Source: Mobula birostris
Lineage: Eukaryota
Direction: 5' to 3'
DNA length: 64,000 nucleotides
NCBI RefSeq assembly: GCF_030028105.1
Contig: NC_092380.1
Span: 20,051,144-20,115,143 of the forward strand
The notes under the pieces: generated by a model
Told to the model about the DNA's origin: nothing
Databases searched by the model: none
What the model saw: the letters and a program-made list of their open reading frames with translations, nothing else
Made by a program: the position numbers and the translations under genes
Shown: piece after piece, positions 24,031 through 36,240 of the stretch
How the letters are laid out: each line of letters starts with the position of its first letter
Position numbering within the stretch: position 1 is the stretch's first letter

Positions 24031-27000
24031 AACTTATGAAAGGGATATATAAGATACAGGCAAGAAAGTTGTTTCCACTGGTAGGTGAGACTAGAACTAA
24101 GGAACATAGCCTCAAGATTCGGGGGAGTAGATTTAGGATAGGGCTGAGGAGGAGCGGCTTTCCCCAGAGCGTGGTGAATCTGTGGAATTCTCTGCCCAAT
24201 GAAGCAATGGAGGCTACCTCAGCAAATATATTTAAGACAAGATTGGATAGATTTTTGCATAGTAGGGGAATTCAGGCTTATGGGGAATGACAGGTAGATG
24301 GAGATGAGTCCATGGCTAGATCAGCCATGATTTTATTGAATGGCAGAGCAGGCTCAACGGGCCAGATGGCTGACTCCTGCTCCTATTTCTTATGATCTTA
24401 TGTAGCAAGGAGAAGAGGGCACGTCCTGGGTGGTAAGGTTCCTTCATGATGGATGTCATGATGAAGGGTCTCAGCCTGAAGCATCGACTGTTTATTCTTT
24501 TCCATAGATGCTGCCTGGACTGCTGAGTTCCTCCAGTGTTTTGTGTGTGTTGCTTCATGATGGATGCTGCCTTTCTGGGGCATCACCTTTTGAAAATGTC
24601 CTCGATGCTGTGGAACTAGTGCTAGCCGGTTTTACCACACTCTCCGGTTTCTTTTCCTGATCTTGTACATTGGACCCTCCATAACCAGAAGCGATGCAGC
24701 CTCAAAATGCTCTCCATGGTAACATTCGTAGTAATTTGCTAGAGTCCTTGGTGCATACCAAATCTCCTTAAACTCCCAATGAAGTTTAGCCTCTGGTGTG
24801 CCTTCTTCATGATTGCCTTATGTTAATTCATTGTTTATCCTATGGTTAATTCATGACAGTAGCTAAACTGTGATGCCTAGCTGAAAGTCTCCTGGTTCTC
24901 CATAGCACAGTGTTAAGCAGAGAGTTGAGGACACAGGTCAGCACATCATAGAAACCAACCTCCACTCTATAGACTCTATACTTCTCCCTGCTCTGGTAAG
25001 GTGGCCATCATAATTAAAAACCCACTCAGTTCTCTCTTTGCCCCTCTCCCACTGGGTGGAAGATACAAAGCCCTGAAACCACCTAACTCCAGGCTCAAGG
25101 ACCGAAAGACCATAAGACATAGGAGCAGAATTAGGCCATTTGGCCCATTGAGTCTGCTCCACCATTCAATCATGGTGGGGTTGAGAAGGAAAATTTATTT
25201 TTCTCTCAACTCAATTCTTCCCCTTTGACACCCTTACTAACGAAGAGCTTGTCAACATCCACTTTACATGTACCCAATGACTTTGCCTCCACAGTCACCT
25301 GTGGCGATGAATTCCACAGATTCGCCACCCTCTGCTGAAAGAAATTCCTCCTCATCTCTGTTCTAAAGGGTGCCCTTCTGAGGCTGTGCCCTCTGGTCCT
25401 AGACTCTACCACTGTTGAAAATACCCATATCCGTTCTGACTGGGCCTTTCAATACATATTCTATGTTGTAACAATTATCTTCAAAGTTGCCTAGGTGTCT
25501 GTGCTGCAGCTGGTTGAGGAGAATTTTTTAAATGCCATTAAATCCTTTGGAGATATCTCAGAGATTCGCTGCCCTATGCCAGAAGAAATTCCTCCATACC
25601 TCAATTTTCAATAACGTCTTATCTTATCAGCTCGCTTAAGATACTCCTTTCTGGTCTATAAGTGAATCAGACGGATTCTTCTGGCAGTCAGTGATTTTCA
25701 TGGTCACTGTTGCCCGAAATGGCATTTTTTATTCCAGAGTTTCATTTAATTGCTTCCCGAGTGGCCGTGTTATGATTGGTATCCCCGTCTCTGAATCGGT
25801 GACCCAGATCTCCGGCTGCTGATTCAGCAAGTTAACTGTTAACTACCGTAACCCTGTAGTACTCATACCCTTATGCCAACCTTCACGCTGTTTCCTTTTG
25901 CTTTCCGAATCCTAGATTTTATGTGATATACTGGAATTAAATAGAATATTAAATAATTTCAAATGATGTTAGAATCAATAACATCGATTGTATTGGGAAG
26001 TATCGGCATATGGCAACTGCGCATCGGCGCATTCATGAACATAAATTCCTCATCGGCTCCACATTCCCACGCTGTTTTCTGTTCCCATGTACGTACTAGT
26101 GCTCCAAAAATATATCAACGGCAATTTTAAATGTAGTTTGTAACTGAGAATAGAAAGTTCGCCAGGAAAAGTGTTCCAAAAGATCAGAAGACTACTAATG
26201 GGGGGAGGGGGGGATCGTCTTCTCGACGGTGGTCTACTTTCCCAGTTGTTGTCTCACTCTACGGAAATTCCAAGCTGACCACGGATCTTCCAAGTGCCAT
26301 TAAAAAAAAACCATTTCCTCTCCAAAGTCAATGCGACGCTGCAGAATAACTTGTGCAATCGTTCGAGGTCGGCCAAAGGGCAGATTTCTAACCGGGAGAA
26401 GAGTTCGAACTTCGACACAAAGACGCACCGCGATTCCCGTCCATCGTCTCTCTGCCTGCCATAATCAGAATCAGGTTTAACATCAGCGGCATATGCCGTG
26501 AAATTTGTTGTCTTTGCGGCAGCAGTGCAATGCAATATATAACAATATAGAAAATATGTGAAATATTTATATAATGGTTAAATTGAACAAGTGGCGCAAA
26601 ATGGAAATAAGTGTTTGTTAGTGTCTGTAGGTTCAATGTCCATTCAGAAACCGATGGCAGAGGGGAAGAAGCTGTTCCTGAATCAGTGAGTGTGTATCTT
26701 CAGGCTTCTGTACCTCCTCCCTGATGGTAGCAATGAGAAGAGGGCATGTCCTGGGTGATGGGGGTCCTTAATGGTGGACGCCACCTTTTTGAGGCATGGA
26801 TCCTTGAAGATGTCCTGATAACTACCGAGGCTGGTGCTAACTAAGTTTACAACTTTCTGCAGCTTATTTCGACTCTGTGCAGTCGCCCCCCCCCATACTC
26901 AATGCTTTGTTTTCTTTTGGGAGAGAGTTGTGCGAATGGATGATTACTAATTATGATCGAAAGAGTAAATGATTTATCAATACATTAATCTCAAGGCTGT

Positions 27001-30000
27001 CAGTATCAGACACAAAGAGGCGTGTATCAACATCATCGATCGCCAATCGATTGCTTTACAATAGACAAGTTTATTACAAGTACTAAACTACGTTACTGCA
27101 AACTACAATAGATAAAATATAGATAATAGATAGACATACTTTATTGATCCCGAGGGAAATTGGGTTTCGTTACAGTTGCAACAACCAGGAATAGAGTATA
27201 AATATAGCAATATAAAACCATAAATGATTAAATAATAATATGTAAATTATGCCAGGTGGAAATAAGTCCAGGACCAGCCTATTGGCTATTAAGTATAATT
27301 TAAATGTTCCCATCCAAATCCAGATGTAATTGATTCCCTGTGGTTCCCAGCCGTTCCGATACACCTCTTTGGTGTCCGTGCTGGGACTTTTTTTTTCAGG
27401 GACACTCAGCACCAAGATGGGCCGTCTTTATGCCCCACCCAGAAGGCAGGAGAACGCGGTGGGCTCCGCGTGTCCTCCAGCGGGATGTTGACAGGTGAGC
27501 ACCTGCCTTCGGAACACTGAATTCTTTCGGTCGTTTCTCCCCAGAGAGCTGTGGGCTTTACTAATCGCACGGCTCGGAGAGGAAGGCGCGAAACTGGCGT
27601 GCAGAAGGGGTAGGTCCGACTCCGGATACCCGGTGCCGCGGGCAGTGCGTTTGGGCACTTCACTCGTCCTCCGCTCACCCTTCCTGCCGGCCTCGGCGAC
27701 TCTGTGGAAAACTCAAGGTAACCGAGTGAGCGGCTCAAAAAAAAAATCACCCAAATGTAAAAGCTAGTCATTTGCAGTGCGGCAGAAAAAAACTCGTCAA
27801 ATCGTGACAGACAGACATTTCATTAGAAATTATATGAGATTAAATCACATCATATTAAGCCTCTCCATATCGAACTTTCATTTGCATGGAACTAAATTCC
27901 AATTTTATTTTTTTAATGTAGGAATTTGCTCCGTCGTCAGTAAACGTGGAGATCTTAAAACCCCAGAGCTGCTTTAACCGTTAGTACACAGCGGGTCGGG
28001 CAGCATCTGTGGAGGGAATTGAACAGATTCATGTCGCAAAACGTGGTCGGATGCATCGGCAAGCTGGTGGCGCTGGAGGTTTACCGTCTGCGTGAGATGA
28101 TGGGACTTTCGAGAGACTTTGAGACTTTTACCGTGCCATGGTCTGTTCTTATCAAATTACGGTATTGCTTTGCACTGTTGTAACTATAGGTTATAATTAT
28201 GTGGTTTTTGTTAGTTTTTAAGTCGGTTTGTCATGTGTTTCCGTGATATCATTCTGGAAAAACATTGTATCATTTCTTAATGCATGCATTACTAAATGAC
28301 AATAAAAGAGGACTGCGTGTCCTCATAATCATAATCATAAAACCCTTTATCGGGACTCTGTTAGTTGGTGATGTTTGTTAATATGATGTACGGCTCTCGT
28401 CTCAGACACTGAGTGCTTTGAGAGAAAGATTTTTTTTCCATTCGATTGTGATTAGCAATCATTCATTCATATAAATATTATATATATATATATATATAAT
28501 AATTCATTATATAAAAGATTGAGTATAACTAATGATGTTCAGACTGATAGGGCAGGTTTTGGAAGCTGTAAGTGTTTTACCTTGAACAGTTGCCCAGCTT
28601 TATTCCAGAGTCAGGTTGGTGTGGTACCCAAGAATACTCCATACAGGATATCCAACTGCATTTCATCCTAAATGGTTCCAATTCCCACCATTCAATTGTG
28701 TAAAACATTAGGAACTGAGATAAGAAACCATGAAATTACTTCATCTGAAGTACAACAAAAAAAATCACTTGAAACACTCAGCCGGTCAGGCAGCATCCAT
28801 GGAGAGAGAAAAACAGGTTAAGGTATTTAAACTGTTCTGCGAAAAGGTCTCCAATTAATACTAATATTATCTTATGTGCTGTATATGATATATATACTGT
28901 GTTTTGTACTTGGGTCCCAGAGTAATGTTGTTTCATTTAGCTGTGTACGATTGAATGCCAACAAACTTCAACCTGAACTTGGTCTGAATATTGGTTCTAT
29001 TTCTTTTCTCGCAGTCCCTGCCTCACCGGAACTTTCCTGAATTCTCTGGTTTTTCGTTTCATCTTTCCACTGTCTGCAGTATTTCAAATATTTCCCTCTG
29101 AGATTCTCAGTCAAATGGAGTTTATGGCCAGCAGTCAGTGCCATCGCTGTTAATGTGCCGAGAGAACAGATTCAGTGTGCTATCTTCCTTTTAAAAGTCT
29201 CTCCCTTTGTTAGGACTTAAATTGAACGTCATAGATCATTGAACATTACAGCACAGCAGAGACCCTTTGGCCCATGATGTGCCAACCTTTTAACCTACTC
29301 TAAGCTCGATCTAACCCTTCCCTTCCACATAGCTCTCCATCCCTGCATTTTTCTATTATCCATGTGCCTAGTTAAGAGCTTTTCAAATGCTCCTAATGTC
29401 TCTGCCTCTACCACCACCCCTGGCAGGGCATTCCATGCAGAAAACCACTCTTTGTATTAAAAAAACTTAACTCTGACATCCCTCCTATACTTCCAATACC
29501 CTTAAAATTGTGCCCTCATATTAGTCATTTCAGTCTTTTACACCTCAATCAAATCACCTCTTGTCCTCCTTCGCCCCAGAGAGAAAAGCCCCAGCTCACT
29601 CAGCCTATCCGCATAAGACATGCTCTCTAAACCAGGCAGCAGCCTGGTAAATCTTCTCTAAAACTTTCACATTCTTCCTATGATGAGGTGACCAGAACTG
29701 AACACAATATTATTCCAAGTGTGGTCTAACCAGGGTTTTACAGAGCTGCAACGTTACCTCTTCATTCTTTAACTCAATCCCCTGAAGCATGAAGGTCAAC
29801 ACACCACATGCCTTCTTCAGTCCTATGACAGGTCAGAGAGCATGTCACACAATCCACTGTGTTTTTATAACATCTTTCAGGACCTTAGATCTTTTATTGA
29901 CTTTAAGGTCTTCCAGGTAACATTCTTCAAATGTATTGACTGTTGTGATGTGGGAAAGAGAACAGCCAATTTGCACACAGAACATTCCCATAAATGGCAA

Positions 30001-33000
30001 TGTAGTGGGTGTTTATGATGTTGACTGAGGGATACTGATAAGAGAATAGTTCATTATATAAATGATTGAGTGTAACTAATGATATTCACTGTGAAAATGT
30101 GGGCTTTGGAAGCAGATAATGTTTTACCTTGGTTGAAAGACTTCATTCCCACAGTACTGAAGTGAAGAGCAAATCTAGATGTTTGCAATCAAATACTGTA
30201 TCAAATGTCATATCCAGGGATTGTTTGTAAAAAAACAAGTTTTTTGTCAACCAACGCACATCAAAGTTGCTGGTGAACGCAGCAGGCCAGACAGCATCTC
30301 TAGGAAGAGGTACAGTTGACATTTCGGGCCGAGACCCTTCGTCAGCTTTTTGTCAGTTAGTATATGGACTGTTTTTCCTTGGTGTCATCTTGTGGGTATG
30401 TGTTGTCCTTGGATTCAGGATTGAAGGATGTCCCTTTAGAACTGAGATGTGGAGAAATTACTTTAGTCAGAGGGTGGTAAATCTGTGGAATTTGTTGCCC
30501 CAGGCAGCTGTGGAGGCCAAGTCACTGGGTGTATTTAAGGCAGAGATAGATAGGTTCTTGATTAGCCGGAGCATCAAAGGGTATAGGGTGAAAGCAGGGG
30601 AGTGGGGATGACTGGATGAAGTGGATCAGCCCATGATTGAATGGGGGAGCAGACTCGATGGGCCAAGTGGCCTACTTCTGCTCCTATACCGTATGGTCTT
30701 ATGGATTGTGTCTAATTGTTTGTCTTTGCTCTAGCCCTGGTTTTTCCCCTTGTTTTGCAGGTGTCTCATTTGGGATCATGGGGATTGTTAAACTCTTTGT
30801 TTTTATCACTTGTATTCAATTCGGGTTAATTTAATTAGCACAGTAATGTCATTCGGGTTAATTTAATTAGCACAGTAATGTCAATGTCTGGAATTCCTAC
30901 TTGCTCCAGAGTGTATTTCAGGGAGGCATACCAAACCCTCATTGTTGGGTCATTGTGGTTCCTTGTCAAGTGAAACTCAGACCGAATTTTTCTGTGTATT
31001 AGAAGTGACTTCAGTTCACCGAGATCCTGTATGGTTTACCTTAGCTCTTGTTAGTTTGTCTCATTAATCTTCTTTAATAAATCTTTAGTTTTGTCTGAAT
31101 TACCAAAGTCTCTGTGATTCCTGCACCTGCTAATGATCCTCACAGTCGGGAATGGGACTTGAGTCTATAAATTCCGAACTTAGAGACAGAGCCAAGCAAG
31201 AGCTTCTGCCCCTCCACCATCAGAAGTGATGACGGGTCTCAGCCCAAGCTGAATATATTCCCCTCCATATATTTTTTCTAAATGTACTTACTTATTGTGA
31301 TACAGCGTGGAATCGGCCCTTCCAGCACTTCAAGCCACACCACCCAGCAACCCCCGACTTAAGCACACTTTTATCATGGGACAATTTACAATGACCAGCT
31401 GGTACATCTTTGGACTGTGGGAGGAAACCAGAGCACCTGGAGGAAACCCATGCAGCAGGAATTGAACCCGGGTCGCTGGTACTGTAAAGCTTTGTATTAG
31501 CCATTACACTACCATGCTGCCGATTGTGGCTGATCTGCTGAGTTCCTCCAGTATTTTGTGTGTGTTGCTCTGAATTTCCAACATCTGCTGAATCTCTTGC
31601 ATATATCAGCAGTCCTTGCACACTATCTCGTTATTCTTCCTTTTGTACTCTTTATTTTTGTAATATATGGTCACTTTCCATCTTTGCACAGTACTGCTGC
31701 CACAAAACAACTAATTTCATATAATAAACATGAGAAAGTCTGCAGATGCTGGAAGTCCAAAGCAACACATGCAAAATGCTGGAGGAACTCAGCAGGCCAG
31801 GCAGCATCTATGGAAATGAATAAACAGTTGACGTTCGGGCCGAGACCCTTCATCAGGACTCAAGAAATGCCGACTGTTTATTAATTTCGTATTAGTCAGT
31901 GATAACAAATCTGATTCTGATTGAAACAGAGAAGAAAAACTGACAAATGTGCTGCTGCGAAGTTCTTCCCTTGGATTAGCATTCATTGGTAGAGTCATGG
32001 AGTTATATAACAGAGAAAGGGGTCCTTTGGCTGACCAGATTACCTACTCGAGCTAGTCAGATTTGCCTGTGTTTGGGTCCTATTCCTCTAAACCTTACTT
32101 ATCAGTGTAACTGTCCAAATGCCTTTTGAATGTCGTAGTTCTATATGCCTCCACCACTTGCTCTGGCAGTGCATTCTGAACACTCACCAGCTCGGTGTGA
32201 AAACCCTGGCCCTCAGGTCCATTTTCCCCCACATCCTAAGCTTATGCCATCTAGTTTTAGACACCCTTGACCTGGCGACTCACTTTATCTACACCCCTCA
32301 TGACTTTATAAACCTCTATAAGGCCACCCTTCAGCCTCCTAAGCTCCAGGGAATAAAAAGCCCCAGCCTATCCAGTATCTCCTTATATCTACCCATGCTG
32401 GTAACATCCTCATAAATCTTTTTATACCTCCTCCATCCTATGGTAGGGCCAACAGAACTGTACACCATCCTCCAACATCTTGTACAGGTGTAACATCTAG
32501 TTATTTATTTAATTATTGAGCTAGCCCCTTCTGCCCTTCAAACTGCGCCTCCCAGCAATCCCCCAATTTAATCCTAGCCTAATCACAGGACAATTTACAA
32601 TGACTAATTAACCGGTACATCTTTGGACTGTGGGAGGAAACTGGAGCTCCCGGAGGAAACCGGAGCTCCCGGAGGAAACCCGCGCGGTCACGGGGAGAAC
32701 ATCCAAACTCCTTACAGGCAGCGGCGGGAATTGAACCCGGGTCGCCGGTACTGTAAAGCGTAGTGCTAACCGCTACATAACAGTGCTGCCCCGCAACATG
32801 ATATCACAACTCCTGTAAACATTCTGACCAATGAAGGCAAGCAGATCAAACCCCTTTATCGCCACCCTGTCTACCCGTGTTGCCACTTTGAGGAACTATA
32901 TACCTGCAACTCTACGTTTCTTCATTCTACAGTACTCTCCTAGCATGTAATACCTGTCCAAGTTTATCTTACCATAATACAACAGCTCACATTAATCTCA

Positions 33001-35879
33001 ATGAAACTGCATCTGCCATTCCTTGGCCCATTGGCCCAGTTAATCAAGATCACATTGTAATCTTAGACAAACGTCTTCACTGCCCACCTTTAAAGGCATC
33101 CGTTGGTCTTGCGAGACCATGGATCTGCGCCTGAAAGGTCTTCACTCTCCAGGGCGCAGGACTGGGCAAGGTTGTATGGAAGACCAGCAGTTGCCCATGC
33201 TGCAAGTTTCCCCTCTCCCTTGTCCAAGGGAAGGGCATTAGGACCCATACAGCTTGGCACCAGTGTCGTCGCAGAGAAATGTGTGATTAAGTGCCTTGCT
33301 CAAGGACACAACACGGTCCCTCAGCTGGGGCTCGAACTCACGACCTTCAGGTCGCTAGTCCAGTGCCTTAACCACTTGGTCAGGTGCCCACACAATGCTG
33401 ATGCATAAAGTAAATTATCTATACTTTATCGTCATTTGCCTTTTCTGGAACATCTCTTCAATATCTTTGCATTTCAAAGAATACCATAGACTTTAGGAAG
33501 CAGTGATCAGGTAGGTGTAATCTCTCTTGACTTGACCTTGAACCACCTCAGGCATTGTAGCAAACTGTGCTGCAGATCAAACAAATATCCATCAACTTGA
33601 TGTCTACCAGTCAGCCTGCAGCACGCCTGCAGAAATCAAGTAGGCGGAAATTCTCTACAGCCAGCTCATGTCAACAGTGCCTGCCAGCATTTGCTCTACC
33701 TGCAGGAAATGTGAGATGACTTGGCCATTCTGTGAGAGTTCCAATTTAATTCATATTTTTAGGCGCCACCAACATTTACTGGACATGATGGTCCTCTACC
33801 CACGCTTTCATCATCCCCCCCCCCCACCCTCAAGTCATTCCAATGATTCTTCCGAACATATTGGTGAAGGAATGGTTGATAGGGCAACCATTCAGTGGCA
33901 TTCAACTCACTACTGGATGAACTGCAGATAGTTTCTCAACTTCTGCAAGATCAGAGACATTTGTGAGATGTCAGTGGATACTGATTCCCAGCTGTTGAAT
34001 GAGATGGAAAGTTCCAGTCTACTAAAGAGACACAGCCCATGGCAATAACTGACCCAAGAACCATGAAGTACTTGTTGGTACTTACGCTGTGTATCAGGTT
34101 CCCCATGCCACTTCACCTCACTGCACCAACACCACCTCCTGGACCTTTCTGCCTAACTTAAAAAGCATCAGTTCTGTTTAAGTGAACCAGTCCCAGGGTA
34201 GCAGGTGTCAGATTTGATGCCCCATTCAGGTTTATTTATGGAATCATAAAGCAAAACAGTGTCACCACCACAGATTTGGCAATTGCGCTCGTGAATATGC
34301 ACGTGTCAGCTAATTATTATTTCATTGTTATAGTATTTAACTCCATTCACTCCAATGTAGTATTTGTCGAGACTTGGACACAGCAACGCTTCGCTGCCTG
34401 CTTACATTCCACCTTGCCTGAGAAATTGGACTGTCGAGTCAACTGAGTCTGAAGACTAATGGTATTCATTTAATTCTTAGTTGTTCTTTTCAGCCGCAGT
34501 ATAGGCTTCGTTTTCCGTTTGAGTGTTTTAGTTAACGGCCCTGTTTGGCTTAGCGTTTATTGTTTTCCTTTCCCCTTAACACTGTTCACATTGAAGTTTG
34601 TGAACTATCGACCTGCTTCAGAGTCTCTCACTCCGCACTTGGGCCATATCCAAACCTGGTGACAAACAGTGCACAAATGGGCCCCTTGGCCCATCTCATC
34701 TGTGCCAACCTAGTTACCTACCTGAGCTACTTCTATTTGCCTGCATTTGGTCCATTTCCCTCCAAACCAGGGGTTCCCAACCTCTTTTAACGCCATCATC
34801 CCCTACCATTAACCAAAGGGGTACCCCTGCTCTAAACCTTTCCTATCCATTTACCTGTCCAATGTCTTTTAAACATTTTAATTGTTCCTGGCCCTAGTAG
34901 CTCATTTTCCCACCCCCATTTCATACACCCTTGGAGTCGCTATTAAATCTTTCCTCTCTTAAATCTTTCCCGTCACAAACCTATGCCCTCTAGACTCCCC
35001 TACCCCTGGAAAAAGACAGTGATCTTTCCTTATTTACCTTTCCGAAATAAGTTTCCTTATTTACGTCCCTCATGATTTCATAAACCTCTAGACCAGGGGT
35101 TATGCCATGGACCTCTAGCACTATCCGAGGGGCCTGCAGACCCCAGACTGGGACATAGGGAACCTGCTCTACAAGGTCAATGCTTTACAATACCAGCAAT
35201 GGGGGGGTTCAATTTCTGCCACTGCCTGTAAGGAGTTTGTACGTTCTCCCTGTCACCCAGTGGGTTTCCTCCAGGTGCTGTGGTTTCCTCCCACAGACCA
35301 AAGACGTACGGGTAAATTAATTGGTCATTTGTCAATTGTCCCGTGATTAGGCTAGGATTAAATCGGGGGTTGCTGGGCGGCATGGCCGTGAGAGTCTATT
35401 CCTCGCTGTATCTCAACAAATAAATCCTTCAGTCACTTACACGCTAGAAAAATGTCCCATCCAGTCCAGATTCTCCTTATAACTCAGGCACTCCAGACGG
35501 GGAATAACCTGGTGAATCTTAACGGCATCTTCCCGCAGCAAGGCGACCAGAAATGCGCGCCGTCGCCGAATTGGCAACCCCTTTATCTTTGTGAGAGTTC
35601 GTTTCCCCACCGGCACCAGTGTAAACATCCCATGAAATGCCTCCATAAACCTGGCCCCTCTCCTCGATCTAATGTCTGTGGGATGGTGTGGGCGATGCCG
35701 TACACATGGGTCGCGGTACCTCCTGTGCCGGGACAGAGCACCAGAGCCCAGTGCGGATCGCCCGCGCCACCGTTTGCGAGCCACGGCCGTTCAGTTTGGC
35801 GTCAACTTTGCAATGTCGCATCTTTTGTCTTGAAAAGATACTTCGATATCACGTTCTGTTTTTTTTCCGTTGGGTCCAA

Positions 35880-36240
35880 CTTACCCGACACTGGAACTTT
35901 CCGAGACTTTGATGTGTGAGGAAGGAAGGGCGGGCAGAAACTGTCGGGGCGACCTATTTTACGGGCTCTCTCTGCGGTATAGAGTGTGTAACGCGGGCCA
36001 GAGGAAGCAAGTGCTCCTGGTAGCGAAGGCAGACATGTGGGCTCTGTTCGTCTCGGTTCTTCTGCAGAACTGTGAGTTTTTCTATTGTCCTGATCGTTAG
36101 AGTGTCGAAAGTTGTCACCTCTCCGAATTCATTCGAGTGGCCCGAACTCTTTCGCTGCGCGGCCTCGGATTTCGGGGTAAAGGCGCGGATACCAGAAAGA
36201 AACTGTGGGCGTGAAGTGCGGGCTTAGTCGCGTTAATCTT
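35880..36240 (+). promoter_or_regulatory. CpG-rich region around the gene 2 leader exon
   Basis: CpG-rich unique sequence flanking the ATG, with a purine-rich GAGGAAG ETS-like site about 30 nt upstream. Confidence 0.4.
36035..36071 (+). CDS. Gene 2 exon 1: signal peptide (MWALFVSVLLQN + 1 nt)
   Basis: ATG in a gcagacATG context within CpG-rich sequence, hydrophobic codons, phase-1 donor T|GTGAGT. It joins the V exon as ...QN-C-VQC-SY. Confidence 0.85.

Noticed and set aside
30819-30882. Exact 32-bp tandem duplication
   Set aside because: Two copies with no spacer inside an LTR-like repeat. Not a CRISPR array, just a local slippage event.
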